NCBI GenBank assembly: GCA_022865275.1
Contig: JALIDQ010000001.1
Coordinates: forward strand, 1 to 51,141
Reading direction: 5' to 3'
DNA length: 51,141 nt
Source: Candidatus Nanohalarchaeota archaeon QJJ-9
Lineage (GTDB): Archaea; Nanohalarchaeota; Nanosalinia; Nanosalinales; Nanoanaerosalinaceae
The notes under the pieces are model-generated. The model was not told where the DNA came from, made no database searches, and worked only from the letters and a program-made list of their open reading frames with translations. Shown in pieces: positions 1-9,340 of the stretch. Each line of letters opens with the position of its first letter. The first letter of the stretch is position 1. Made by a program: the position numbers and the translations under genes.

Positions 1-713
1 ATCGTCTGCAGGTTCTTCAGGGGGATCTGCAGTTAAATGGTGACTATGAGAGGGTTGAGAATCTCAGAAATGTTAACGAAAAGTTTGTAGAGTATCTTTC
101 TGGAGAGGAGGGTGAGGAGGTTTATTCTTCTTTAAAATCTATAAAGGAGGATTTGGATGGTGGAAAGGCTCTTAAAAACTTTAAAAGCGTATATAACTGC
201 GTTTTAGGTATTTATGAGTATAAAAAGGACTTTGCCCGTATTCAGAATGCTTCCTCTCTCGATGAGCTGGAGGAATTGGGCTATGTTTCTCTGGATGAGG
301 TTCTTGAACCTTTTAAGGAGAAGGCTACTGAGTTTGACGGTCTGGATTCGGGGGAGGTTGTTGGCGACAGAGCTTTGTATCTTGTCTCCCATACTATTAT
401 GAAAAACTATAGAAGCTATGTGGAGCCTAGGGTAGATAATCCGGAACTTTACGTGGATGTCAAAGATTCTGGGCGTTATTATGTGGTCGATATTTTGAAT
501 AATGGACCAAGCCTTGAAAAGCATCCTGAGGAGATTTTCAGGCACAAGGATGGTTCTTCTGGAAGAGGTCTATATCTTGCTTCGTTTATTTCAGATTCTT
601 TCGGCGGTTCTATCTCATATTCTGAGGAGCTTTCTGAGGAGATTGAAAAGGATGGAAGGGGATTCGGTCTTCGATGGTATCTTCCAAAGCCTCCGAAAGA
701 TACAAAATACTGA
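1..713 (+). CDS. Sensor histidine kinase-like protein (HisKA-like helix plus HATPase_c), 5' end outside window
   Basis: Frame is open from position 3 (RLQVLQGDLQL...) into the 153..713 ORF; G1-like NNGPSL and G2-like GRGLYLA...FGGSI...GFGLRW motifs. Confidence 0.6.
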   Translation, partial: RLQVLQGDLQLNGDYERVENLRNVNEKFVEYLSGEEGEEVYSSLKSIKEDLDGGKALKNFKSVYNCVLGIYEYKKDFARIQNASSLDELEELGYVSLDEVLEPFKEKATEFDGLDSGEVVGDRALYLVSHTIMKNYRSYVEPRVDNPELYVDVKDSGRYYVVDILNNGPSLEKHPEEIFRHKDGSSGRGLYLASFISDSFGGSISYSEELSEEIEKDGRGFGLRWYLPKPPKDTKY

Positions 714-731
714 GGAGGTTATTTTTCTGCG

Positions 732-1355
732 ATGAGGGAGAACGACTTTCCTGGAGTTTTTATCGTTGTAGAAGGGATAGATGGGGCTGGGACTACTACT
801 CAGACTAGAAAGCTTGCTGATTATCTGGACGCGTATAGGACGCATGAGAACTGTAACCAGACCTCGGATTACAGCTACTGGAACAGGGTTGGAGAAAAAG
901 TCGAGGAGATGATTTCTGATGGAGGTTATTCGCCTGAAGCTGTGGCTTTGGGATTTGCTTCTGATAGGCTGATTCATTTAGAGGAAGATGTGGTTCCTAG
1001 GCTTGAGGAGGGGAGGATGGTTGTCTCTGACCGCTACTATTATTCCTCTCTTGCCTACCAGACTACGATGGGTGCGGATTTTGGTTGGGTTAAGAGGATT
1101 AACAGTAGGGCTGTAAGGCCTGATCTGACTATAATACTGGATGTTTCTGCTGACGAGGGGATGGAGAGGTTGGATAGGCGTGGAGAAGAAAAAGATATCT
1201 TTGAAAACCTTGATTTCCAGGAAGAGGTCTCTCTGAGGTATAGGAACCTTAAGGATAGGTTGGATGACAATATTGTTTACGTGGACGGCTCTCAATCAAA
1301 GGGAGAGGTGTTTGAAGCGGTTAAACAGGTGGTGGAGGAGTTTTTGGAAAGATGA
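732..1355 (+). CDS. tmk: Thymidylate kinase
   Basis: FIVVEGIDGAGTTTQ P-loop, DRYYYSSLAYQ, PDLTIILDV. Confidence 0.95.
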   Translation: MRENDFPGVFIVVEGIDGAGTTTQTRKLADYLDAYRTHENCNQTSDYSYWNRVGEKVEEMISDGGYSPEAVALGFASDRLIHLEEDVVPRLEEGRMVVSDRYYYSSLAYQTTMGADFGWVKRINSRAVRPDLTIILDVSADEGMERLDRRGEEKDIFENLDFQEEVSLRYRNLKDRLDDNIVYVDGSQSKGEVFEAVKQVVEEFLER

Positions 1356-1708
1356 AAGGTACTTATGTTCTGTTTTTAAGGCTTTACGAGGATTTGGACG
1401 TTGAGGTTGGTTCTCTAGGGCCTGCCAGGTTTGAAAAAGGTCTTTACGCTTATGTGGGAAGTGCTTTCGGTTCTGGAGGTTTTAAAAGAATTGAAAGGCA
1501 TCTGGAGGTTTCTAGGGGGTTAAACGGTTCTAGGCACTGGCATATCGATTACCTTTTAGGACGGGATTGTTCCTGTGTGGTTTCTGTTCTTAGAGTTCCT
1601 GAGAAACGGGTTGAGTGCGAGTTAAACCATAGAATCGATGGCGATAAGGTTGAAGGATTTGGCTCTTCTGACTGCGGATGTTCTTCCCACCTAACTTTTC
1701 TGGGCTAG
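1352..1708 (+). CDS. DUF123 family GIY-YIG (Uri) endonuclease
   Basis: KGTYVL, GLYAYVGSA, RHWHIDYLL, GFGSSDCGCSSHL. Confidence 0.85.
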   Translation: MKGTYVLFLRLYEDLDVEVGSLGPARFEKGLYAYVGSAFGSGGFKRIERHLEVSRGLNGSRHWHIDYLLGRDCSCVVSVLRVPEKRVECELNHRIDGDKVEGFGSSDCGCSSHLTFLG

Positions 1709-1968
1709 TCTCTTTCTTTGACTGATTTGTCCATCTCTTCTTCTAGTTTTTCTAGCTGTTCGTCTATCTCGTCTACTTTTTTCTTTGCTTTCTGGTGTTT
1801 TACCGGGTGTTCGTCTGCTTCTCCTGATTCTTCCAGGTTGTCTAGCTCTTCTTTTATCTGGTTGATTCCTTTCTGTAGTTCTTTATATGTTTCTTTGTAG
1901 CGCTCTAGGACGTTTTCTATCTCTTCTTCTCTCCGCTTTCTCTTGCTTTCTTGGTTTTGTTTTTCCAT
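1705..1968 (-). CDS. Hypothetical coiled-coil protein
   Basis: 87 aa E/K-rich ORF starting just after the tRNA-Val 3' end; stop overlaps the convergent gene. Confidence 0.6.
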   Translation of the reverse strand: MEKQNQESKRKRREEEIENVLERYKETYKELQKGINQIKEELDNLEESGEADEHPVKHQKAKKKVDEIDEQLEKLEEEMDKSVKERD

Positions 1969-1970
1969 AA

Positions 1971-2064
1971 TGGGCCTGAGCGGATTTGAACCGCTGATCT
2001 TCGCCTCGTGAAGGCGACGTCTTAGTCCCGAGTTCTTCGGTCTAACCAGCTAGACCACAGGCCC
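1971..2064 (-). tRNA. tRNA-Val(CAC) with 20-nt D-arm intron (~2022-2041)
   Basis: GGGCCTG/CAGGCCC acceptor, TCGCC-TTCACGA-GGCGA anticodon arm, TTCAAAT T-loop; removing 20 nt gives a 74-nt cloverleaf. Confidence 0.9.
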
Positions 2065-2104
2065 TTGTGGTTTTTCTATCTTTGAACTGTTATAAAAAAA
2101 TAGG

Positions 2105-2710
2105 CTATTTTTTGGCTAGAACTCTTACCCAGTCCTCTTTTCTGTCTTTTTCTGTGTCTTCTTTTAGGACGTTTAGACCTGCTTTTTCGACTTTTTCTCT
2201 AAGCTCTTTTTCTGTGTAGAGCGCGAAGAATCTTCTGCCTTCGCTGTAATGGTCTCGTTCGATATATTTTTCTTTTTCTCCCTTCTTCACTGAGATGTGG
2301 ACTGTTCCTCCTTCTTTGAGGACTCTGTGGAGCTCTTCAAGTGCTTTATCTGCTTCCTGTTTAGGTAGGTGGTGCAGGGAGGCGCATGCCCAGATCCCGT
2401 TGAAACTTGCGTCTCCGAATTTCAGGTATCTCATGTCCATCTTCCTGAACTCTGCCTGTGGGACTTTTTCCCTTGCGATTTCGAGGAATTTTTTAACTGG
2501 ATCGATTCCTACCACGTCTTTACCTTTCTTTGCGAAGAATTTCGCGTCTCTTCCAGGCCCGCATCCTACATCAAGAATTTTTTTACCGTCAACCTCTTCT
2601 AGAAACCTTTTCAGAGTTCCTTCTATCTCTTCTATAGAGTTATGGTAGTCGTCGTACTCTTCCGCCATGTTTTTGTAAGCTTCGATAGTCTCCTCAAGCT
2701 CTTTTTCCAT
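2105..2710 (-). CDS. Class I SAM-dependent methyltransferase
   Basis: ILDVGCGPGRD motif I; FNGIWACASLHH. Confidence 0.9.
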   Translation of the reverse strand: MEKELEETIEAYKNMAEEYDDYHNSIEEIEGTLKRFLEEVDGKKILDVGCGPGRDAKFFAKKGKDVVGIDPVKKFLEIAREKVPQAEFRKMDMRYLKFGDASFNGIWACASLHHLPKQEADKALEELHRVLKEGGTVHISVKKGEKEKYIERDHYSEGRRFFALYTEKELREKVEKAGLNVLKEDTEKDRKEDWVRVLAKK

Positions 2711-2857
2711 AACTTAACTTTACCTCTTTCTGTTTAAGTGAGTTTGTAGAGTTCTATGTTTGGGTTTTCTTGGTAATCAATTTTCTGACTTCTTGTAATC
2801 TCTGCATTTTTACGGGAAGAATCTACAAAGCTATGTTCTAAATTTCTCCCAAGAAAA

Positions 2858-2880
2858 TGGACTCGCGGGGATTTGAACCC
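2858..2880 (-). repeat. 23-bp direct copy of the tRNA-Ala 3' end (att-like)
   Basis: TGGACTCGCGGGGATTTGAACCC at 2858-2880 is identical to 2947-2969. Confidence 0.9.
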
Positions 2881-2946
2881 TGAGATTCTCGCCAGAGAAT
2901 CGAGGTTATGAAATCCTTTGGAGCGAAGAAACGGAGCGTAGCGAAG

Positions 2947-3109
2947 TGGACTCGCGGGGATTTGAACCCCGGGCCTCTTCCAATTTGGCTCTTGGTTCGG
3001 ACACGAACCTCGTGTCGAAGATCAAAGATCTTCTCCAACCGTTTTCCCTCAAAGATTCGGAAAAACGGTGTTGCCAAGGAAGCGTTCTGCCAAGCTGAAC
3101 TACGAGCCC
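2947..3109 (-). tRNA. tRNA-Ala(GGC) with 89-nt intron at 37/38 (2983-3071)
   Basis: GGGCTCG/CGAGTCC acceptor with G3-U70; positions 32-35 TTGG pair with intron CCAA (BHB central helix); mature length 74 nt. Confidence 0.9.
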
Positions 3110-3248
3110 TTTTTATGACAGGGTGCTCCGACCTGAAGGTCACCTGCGGTCCACCTTCGGCGACCTCAGGTCCGAAGGTTCTACTTCACTTCGTTCAGTC
3201 CTGAGCTTTTCTCGTGTCTAAAGTTTGAGGTGATAAAGGTTTTTATTT

Positions 3249-3563
3249 CTACAGGTCTTGGTCCTTGGATTCTACAGGAGGCTTCCTAACTACAAGAAGC
3301 TCCATCTCTCCTTCTAAAGTATGGCTTTCCTCCTTCGCGTATACTACGTCTTTTTCCTCCATATCGATTATCTCATCGCCTACATGGATATGTCCGTCTC
3401 CTTCCAGGACGTAGTAAGCGATCTCCGCCTTGGATTCATTCCTATGCGTTCCATCGACCTTTAAACGACTCATTGAAAAGCTTGTACCTTCTCTGAGATA
3501 ATGTTCTATAACCGAGGACTCGTCAGGGTTGTATTCCTCAGTGTCATTTCTCCTTATCCTCAT
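3249..3563 (-). CDS. Cupin-domain protein
   Basis: YYVLEGDGHI...VVY...SH cupin pattern. Confidence 0.75.
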   Translation of the reverse strand: MRIRRNDTEEYNPDESSVIEHYLREGTSFSMSRLKVDGTHRNESKAEIAYYVLEGDGHIHVGDEIIDMEEKDVVYAKEESHTLEGEMELLVVRKPPVESKDQDL

Positions 3564-4171
3564 ACCAGTTCAACCTCCTCATAGTCCTTTACACCGTCTT
3601 CACCCAGCTCTACTGCGAAGCCTTTCCCGGTCTCTACCGCGGAGCAGTTGAATACCTCGGTATCCATCAGATGGAAGTGGCCGAAGTCTTCGTGTATATG
3701 TCCTGTAAACCATGCAGCAGGCTTTTCCTTAAGTATAAGCTTTCTGAATCCTGGCATCCCAGCCCTGTTACCGCTTCTTGTAGCGTCACCCAGCCTATCA
3801 GGAGGATAATGGGATAAAAATATAGTCTTGCGTCCATCCTCACCGCTTAGCCATTCCTGAACGTCTTTTTTATAGTCTTCAGGGAAAACTGAGCCTATGA
3901 CAACTATCCTATACTCTCCGAACTCCACTTTCATATATCTGAAAAGGTTCTCGAACTCTTCGTTCTTTGGAGGTGTAAAGTCGAAATCCCAGTTCCCCAC
4001 CGCTGCAAACATAGGGATCTCTACGTTGTTTAGAAGCTTCTCGTAGTCCTCTTCCTTTACAAAATCTCCTCCTGAGAGGAACAGGTCGTACTCTCCAGAG
4101 TTCGCTTCTTTGATCGCCGCGTCGATAAGCTCGTCTCTGCTATGGAAGTCTGAAACGCATAGAATCTTCAT
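3560..4171 (-). CDS. Calcineurin-like metallophosphoesterase
   Basis: SDFH, GGDF, GNWD, SHYPP, GHIHE motifs; start taken at MKILCV. Confidence 0.9.
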   Translation of the reverse strand: MKILCVSDFHSRDELIDAAIKEANSGEYDLFLSGGDFVKEEDYEKLLNNVEIPMFAAVGNWDFDFTPPKNEEFENLFRYMKVEFGEYRIVVIGSVFPEDYKKDVQEWLSGEDGRKTIFLSHYPPDRLGDATRSGNRAGMPGFRKLILKEKPAAWFTGHIHEDFGHFHLMDTEVFNCSAVETGKGFAVELGEDGVKDYEEVELV

Positions 4172-4199
4172 TGCTAGAAACAAAGTTTAGGTTCAGGAT

Positions 4200-4601
4200 T
4201 TAAAAATAGGGAAGGTCGTATTCCAGAACTCTCTTCAAAACCTTGTCAGGGGCCAGGGTTAGGGTTATAGTTCCTGTCAGACAGGAGAAGACCAGTATGC
4301 TGATAAGGACTGAAGCACCTTTTAGGCTAAGATATGCTTGGATAGCAACGTAGGAAAACGAAGCTCCGACTATGAAAGCGACTATAGCCTTGATACGCCA
4401 GTCATCCAGCTGCTCGTTGCTGTAGTATTCTTTCCTGATAAATTCGTTGGTTCTGATCATCATGAACTTTACCATGACACTGGTAAGGAAGACTATGAAG
4501 ATGTATATGACTCCTCTAGACGTTGAACCGGACAGGCTCATTATGAAAGTACCTGCTATAAGAAGTGCTTCTAAAAATTTCAGCCTGCTGTTCTGGTCCA
4601 T
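4200..4601 (-). CDS. Hypothetical membrane protein (~4 TM)
   Basis: Hydrophobic segments; lies downstream of tRNA-Ile on the same strand. Confidence 0.55.
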   Translation of the reverse strand: MDQNSRLKFLEALLIAGTFIMSLSGSTSRGVIYIFIVFLTSVMVKFMMIRTNEFIRKEYYSNEQLDDWRIKAIVAFIVGASFSYVAIQAYLSLKGASVLISILVFSCLTGTITLTLAPDKVLKRVLEYDLPYF

Positions 4602-4649
4602 ATTTTACAATTATAGTTTCTCTTGTAAAAACTTTGCGAAAAAAGTGAT

Positions 4650-4834
4650 TGGACCCTCCGGGGTTCGAACCCGGGACCGCCGCCTATCTCACGACTGGCG
4701 TCCCAGTCGGCAGGACGGTCGCGTTCAAGGGAACGCTCCGACGCTCCGCGGCTGGTATGTTTCGCGCCACTTCTGAGTATATGGGCGCGATGTCCGTATA
4801 AGGACGGTGCTCTAACCAACTGAGCTAAGGGTCC
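4650..4834 (-). tRNA. tRNA-Ile(UAU) with 111-nt intron at 37/38 (4686-4796)
   Basis: GGACCCT/AGGGTCC acceptor; CCGTC-CTTATA|A-GGCGG anticodon arm; CTTA pairs with intron TGAG (BHB helix); mature length 74 nt. Confidence 0.85.
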
Positions 4835-4953
4835 TTAACAAAATTACCTAATAGAGCATGTTTTCTCTCAATTTTTTAAAGTTTCTCGCCTCGAACAACT
4901 TCCTTTCTGCTGAATCTTTATATAGGCGCTGGACCAATTTTTAAACGATAGCA

Positions 4954-5583
4954 ATGAACACCCCGGCTTTACAGGCAGCATTCCAGCCTGTTCTCGAAGG
5001 AGCGCAACAGTACATTCCGAACATAGTCTACGCACTGATCGTGCTTGTAATAGGTTACATCATAGGTAGGATTGTGTTCTCAGTAGCCAAGAAGTTCTTC
5101 AAGCACACCAAGGTAGACGACTACTTCGAGGAAGAAGGACATCTTGAACTGAAACTCAGTGATCTGTTCCCAGTAGTATTCAAATGGGCAGTCTATCTTG
5201 TAACCTTGCAGGTTTCAGCTGAGTTCCTGGGAGTTCAGGCAGTGATAGACATCCTACAGAAAATCATAGGTTGGATTCCAGGAGTCATAGGAGCGATCGC
5301 AGTATTCCTAACTGGTTACGGAATAGCGATCTACACTAAGGATCGTATAATCGGTTCTGAGACTCTTTACTCCGACATCCTAGGAAAGCTGGTGTTCTTC
5401 TTCGTAATCTACATCTCAGTCTCGACAGCGATGCCTCTAGTAGGGATCGGCTCGGACCTACTAAACAACATCTTACTCATCCTAGTAGGAGCAGTCTCGT
5501 TCGCATTCGCTATAGCAGCAGGACTAGGACTTAGAGATGTGTTCGAGGAACAGGCGCGGAAATATGTTGAGGAGAGCCAGTAA
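4954..5583 (+). CDS. TM-helix repeat protein (MscS/CmpX-like membrane protein)
   Basis: Two repeats of (Y/W)IP..I.A...L..GY.I; AFAIAAGLG. Confidence 0.75.
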   Translation: MNTPALQAAFQPVLEGAQQYIPNIVYALIVLVIGYIIGRIVFSVAKKFFKHTKVDDYFEEEGHLELKLSDLFPVVFKWAVYLVTLQVSAEFLGVQAVIDILQKIIGWIPGVIGAIAVFLTGYGIAIYTKDRIIGSETLYSDILGKLVFFFVIYISVSTAMPLVGIGSDLLNNILLILVGAVSFAFAIAAGLGLRDVFEEQARKYVEESQ

Positions 5584-5685
5584 AACCGGCTCCCTTCTTT
5601 TTCTTTTTTTATTCGATCAGGGATGGATTTAAGAATTTTAATGGTGTATACAAAATTTAGTTCTTGAAAATTCTAGGTGATTACT

Positions 5686-7359
5686 ATGGCAAATTTAGGA
5701 GGACAACCAATCTTCATAATGTCGGAAGACGCTGAGCGTCAGACCGGCAAAAATGCTCAAGAAAACAACATAAACGCTTGTAAATCAGTTGCTAACGCGA
5801 TAAGGACTACTCTAGGTCCTAAAGGGATGGACAAGATGATGGTAGATTCTGTAGGCGACCTAGTCGTAACCAATGACGGAGTCACCATCCTCGACGAGAT
5901 GGAGCTAGAGCATCCCGCCGCCAAGATGATGGTAGAGATTGCAAAGACGCAGGACGAGGAGGTAGGCGATGGAACAACTACAGCAGTAGTCCTTGCAGGA
6001 GAGCTTCTCAAGAAGTCGGAAGACCTTCTTGATCAGGACATCCACCCCACAGTTATAAGCTCCGGTTACAGGCTAGCAAAGGAAAGAGCTCTGGAGGAGC
6101 TTAATCAGATAGCGGAAGACGTGAGCTTTGATGACCGTGAAAAGCTTGAATCGGTAGCGAAGACTGCTATGACAGGCAAGTCCGCAGAAGCTTCTAAGGA
6201 TTATCTAGCTTCAATAGCTGCGGACGCTGTAACCAGCATTGCGGACAGTCTTGACGGTAGCTTCGAAATCGACCGTGATCTTATAAAGGTTGTAAAAAGC
6301 CAGGGAGGCTCTGTAGACGATACAGAGCTAGTTGAGGGAGTTGTAATAGACAAGGAAAAAGTACATCCTGACATGCCTTCGAGGAAAAGCGAAGCGGATA
6401 TAGCGCTCCTTAACACTGCGATGGAGGTACAGGAGACCGAAACCTCTGCGGAGATTCAGATAAACGATCCGAATAAGCTTCAGGAGTTCGTCGACCAGGA
6501 AGAAGAAAGTCTTAAAGAGATGGTTGAACAGGTTAAGGAATCTGGTGCGGATGTTGTTCTATGCCAGAAAGGTATAGACGATATAGCCCAGCATTACCTT
6601 GCCAAGAATGATATCATGGCTGTTAGGAGGGTCAAAAAGTCTGATATGGAGAAGCTTGCAAAGGCTACAGGTGGAAGAGTGGTAACAAGCCTTACCGACC
6701 TAAGCCAGAGCGATCTAGGAAAAGCTGGAAATGTAGGCCAGGAGAACGTTTCAGGAGATAGCATGCTTTTCGTAGAGGACATAGAAGAAGCTGAATCCGT
6801 GACTATTGTTGTAAGGGGAGGAACTGAACATGTAGTGGACGAGATAGAGCGCGCGTTTGAAGATGCATTAGGAGGAATCGCCTCTGCTATAAGAGTAGGA
6901 AAGGTAGTCGGTGGAGGAGGCGCTCCAGAAGTCGAAGTCTCAAAGGAACTTAAAAACTACGCAGATAGAGTTGGCGGAAGAGAGCAGCTTGCGATAAACG
7001 CTTTCGCGGAAGCTTTGGAAATAGTGCCGAGGACTCTCGCGGAAAACGCAGGCCTGGACCCGATTGATATCCTTGTAGATCTGAGGAACAAGCATGAAGC
7101 AGGGGACAAATGGTCAGGAATTGATGTCTTTTCAGGTGAGGCTGACGATCTTTTCGACCGGGACGTGGTTGAACCGCTCCAGATTAAGACTCAGGCGGTA
7201 CAGTCCGCGTCTGAGGCGGCTGAGTTGATCCTCAGAATTGATGATGTAATCTCTGCCTCAGGTTTCGGCGGTGGAGAAGGTGGCGGTGAACCACCTGCCC
7301 CAGGCGGTGCCCCAGGAGGAGCTGGAGGAATGCCTGGTGGGATGGGAGGAATGATGTAA
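5686..7359 (+). CDS. ths: Thermosome (group II chaperonin) subunit
   Basis: [31 protein letters not shown]-rich tail. Confidence 0.97.
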   Translation: MANLGGQPIFIMSEDAERQTGKNAQENNINACKSVANAIRTTLGPKGMDKMMVDSVGDLVVTNDGVTILDEMELEHPAAKMMVEIAKTQDEEVGDGTTTAVVLAGELLKKSEDLLDQDIHPTVISSGYRLAKERALEELNQIAEDVSFDDREKLESVAKTAMTGKSAEASKDYLASIAADAVTSIADSLDGSFEIDRDLIKVVKSQGGSVDDTELVEGVVIDKEKVHPDMPSRKSEADIALLNTAMEVQETETSAEIQINDPNKLQEFVDQEEESLKEMVEQVKESGADVVLCQKGIDDIAQHYLAKNDIMAVRRVKKSDMEKLAKATGGRVVTSLTDLSQSDLGKAGNVGQENVSGDSMLFVEDIEEAESVTIVVRGGTEHVVDEIERAFEDALGGIASAIRVGKVVGGGGAPEVEVSKELKNYADRVGGREQLAINAFAEALEIVPRTLAENAGLDPIDILVDLRNKHEAGDKWSGIDVFSGEADDLFDRDVVEPLQIKTQAVQSASEAAELILRIDDVISASGFGGGEGGGEPPAPGGAPGGAGGMPGGMGGMM

Positions 7360-7512
7360 GGTATTTCCTCCTTTACTGTCTTTTCTTTTTTCTTCACTCC
7401 TTCTTTCCTTGACTATCTCCCTATTCGAGGCTGAAACCGAGCCAGAGGGGAAAGTTATTTATAGAGGGATGGATAGTTTGATTATGTAAGTATAAAACCA
7501 GGTGTGTTAAAA

Positions 7513-8061
7513 ATGCCAGACGAAGAAGAGGTAAAGCTATCTGCTGATAATCAGGATTCTGACGAATATGAGATAATCCCTATGGGTCCTGTGAGGAAGC
7601 TTGAAAAGAGGATTGACGAACTTGAGGAACAGAAAAGCCAGAGTATGTCCGGCAACGAGAACCTTGTCCGCGATATTCTCGATATAATGAAAGCCAATCA
7701 AAAGATTGTCAACGACATGGTGCAGTCCAACACCGAGCTCCATAACTCTATCGAGGAGCTTACCACTAAGATGGATAAGGTTATGGGCAATATGAGTGAT
7801 TTTATGGGGCTTTTGGAGGAAGCTTCTGAAGCTTCACTCGAGGAAGATGTATCCGCTAACCTCAGCGAGGATCTTGTCTCCCCTATTTCTGACAGTATGG
7901 AGAATCTCAAGCACACGAACGAAAAGATGCTTGAAGGTTTAGGAAAGATTGATGAAAGCCTAAACCAGCTTGATAAGCGGATGAAGAGGTTGTACGCTTC
8001 TCAACGGAGTTCTTCAAACCGTGGTACTACTAGACAATCGTCTAGAGGCCAGTCCCAATAA
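7513..8061 (+). CDS. Hypothetical coiled-coil protein upstream of pilus locus
   Basis: ~182 aa ORF with heptad pattern; GGTG SD-like sequence upstream. Confidence 0.7.
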   Translation: MPDEEEVKLSADNQDSDEYEIIPMGPVRKLEKRIDELEEQKSQSMSGNENLVRDILDIMKANQKIVNDMVQSNTELHNSIEELTTKMDKVMGNMSDFMGLLEEASEASLEEDVSANLSEDLVSPISDSMENLKHTNEKMLEGLGKIDESLNQLDKRMKRLYASQRSSSNRGTTRQSSRGQSQ

Positions 8062-8082
8062 ATAATGTGGAGGAAAGATACT

Positions 8083-8628
8083 ATGTTTACGAAAAAAACT
8101 AGGAAGGGTATCACCCCAGTGATCGCTGTTGTACTACTTCTTATGATGACAGTTGGAGCGGCAGGAGCTTTCTACTCTTACTACTCCGGTATGCTTGACA
8201 AGTTTATGGGTAAGGCGACGGAGAGGCAGAACACCCAGTTCAGTATCAGTAGTCTGGAGTGTGGTACTGGAAACACCAACAATATCACAGTAGTCTTTTC
8301 CAATAACGGTCAGACAACTTTGGATCTTAGCCCTGCAAATATCTATGTCCATCAGGGAGACTCGGAAATTTACGGGCTTAGTAAGCAGGGAATTTCTCTT
8401 ATGAGCTCTAGTGTAACCGACAACGATAATATCACAACGATCAGCACCTTGGACGATGATTTTTCAACCACTAACTCGCGAGCTGGTTACAATATAGAGC
8501 TGGATCCTGACAGTACTTCGGACAACGACTTCCAGGAATATAGCTCCTATACTATAGAATTCCAGTTCCCACAGATAGCTGGGGGTAGAAGCAAGTCTGC
8601 TACATGTTCCGCTGAGTCTTTGGACTGA
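8083..8628 (+). CDS. Archaeal type IV pilin (probable major pilin)
   Basis: Class III signal RKG|ITPVIAVVLLLMMTVGAAG. Confidence 0.85.
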   Translation: MFTKKTRKGITPVIAVVLLLMMTVGAAGAFYSYYSGMLDKFMGKATERQNTQFSISSLECGTGNTNNITVVFSNNGQTTLDLSPANIYVHQGDSEIYGLSKQGISLMSSSVTDNDNITTISTLDDDFSTTNSRAGYNIELDPDSTSDNDFQEYSSYTIEFQFPQIAGGRSKSATCSAESLD

Positions 8629-8704
8629 TCGGCTCAGCCTGTTTTTTATCTTTCTCTACAAATCTTTTTATGGGAGGCTGACTATTCTAATTATAGGGAT
8701 TGTT

Positions 8705-9340
8705 ATGCTAAGTCTTACAAGAAAAGCTCAGTCACAGGTTATATCCGCTGTTATAATCGGTGGTATCCTTGTGGGAGGGATAAGTGCGGCATATGTCTGG
8801 GGTGTGCCTCTACTACAGAAAAACCGGGACGTTGCCAATATCAAAGAAACTATATCAACATTCAACGATCTTAACGATGCGATAAAGGCTGCAAAGACCA
8901 GAGGAAGCTCTGGTGAAATACCTATCTCTGTGGGCTCGGGAGAGCTTAGGATAGATCCGGATAATGGCTCTATAACCTATACAGTAAGCACGAACGCCGC
9001 CTACGTAGATTTGGAGGGATGGACTCCTATAAACGAGAACGATATGCGGGGAGTAACCGAGCCGGGCCACGGTTTCCAGGGAGATGATGAACCTGGAGTC
9101 CTTGTAGGGAAAGCTGTTGAACTTCAGAAGGACAGGTACCAGAACACTTACAAGCTTGCCTACAGGCAGATGAAGGAGTCGGACTCGGATAGGTACCATC
9201 TAATAGACCTTGAGCAGAATGGTAACCTAGATGCTTCAGGAGGGGATCATAGTATAGTTGTAAAGCCTGGAGATAAGGAAACAGTCGATATGGGAGATAA
9301 GACCCTTGTTAACCATACTGTACTAGTCAGGATAGAATGA
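8705..9340 (+). CDS. Pilin-like protein (class III signal peptide)
   Basis: RKA|QSQVISAVIIGGILV. Confidence 0.75.
   Translation: MLSLTRKAQSQVISAVIIGGILVGGISAAYVWGVPLLQKNRDVANIKETISTFNDLNDAIKAAKTRGSSGEIPISVGSGELRIDPDNGSITYTVSTNAAYVDLEGWTPINENDMRGVTEPGHGFQGDDEPGVLVGKAVELQKDRYQNTYKLAYRQMKESDSDRYHLIDLEQNGNLDASGGDHSIVVKPGDKETVDMGDKTLVNHTVLVRIE

Noticed and set aside
2983..4796. C/D box guide RNAs inside the long Ala and Ile introns
   Set aside because: No RTGATGA box C with a terminal CTGA box D is visible on the transcribed strand.
2838..4819. ORFs 2838..3143, 2908..3204, 4447..4776 and 4580..4819
   Set aside because: They overlap tRNA genes and lack protein-like features. The same applies to 25313..25537 and the N-terminal extension of 41271..41948.
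7260..7359. Low-complexity GGA/GGC repeat
   Set aside because: Normal Gly/Met-rich chaperonin tail.
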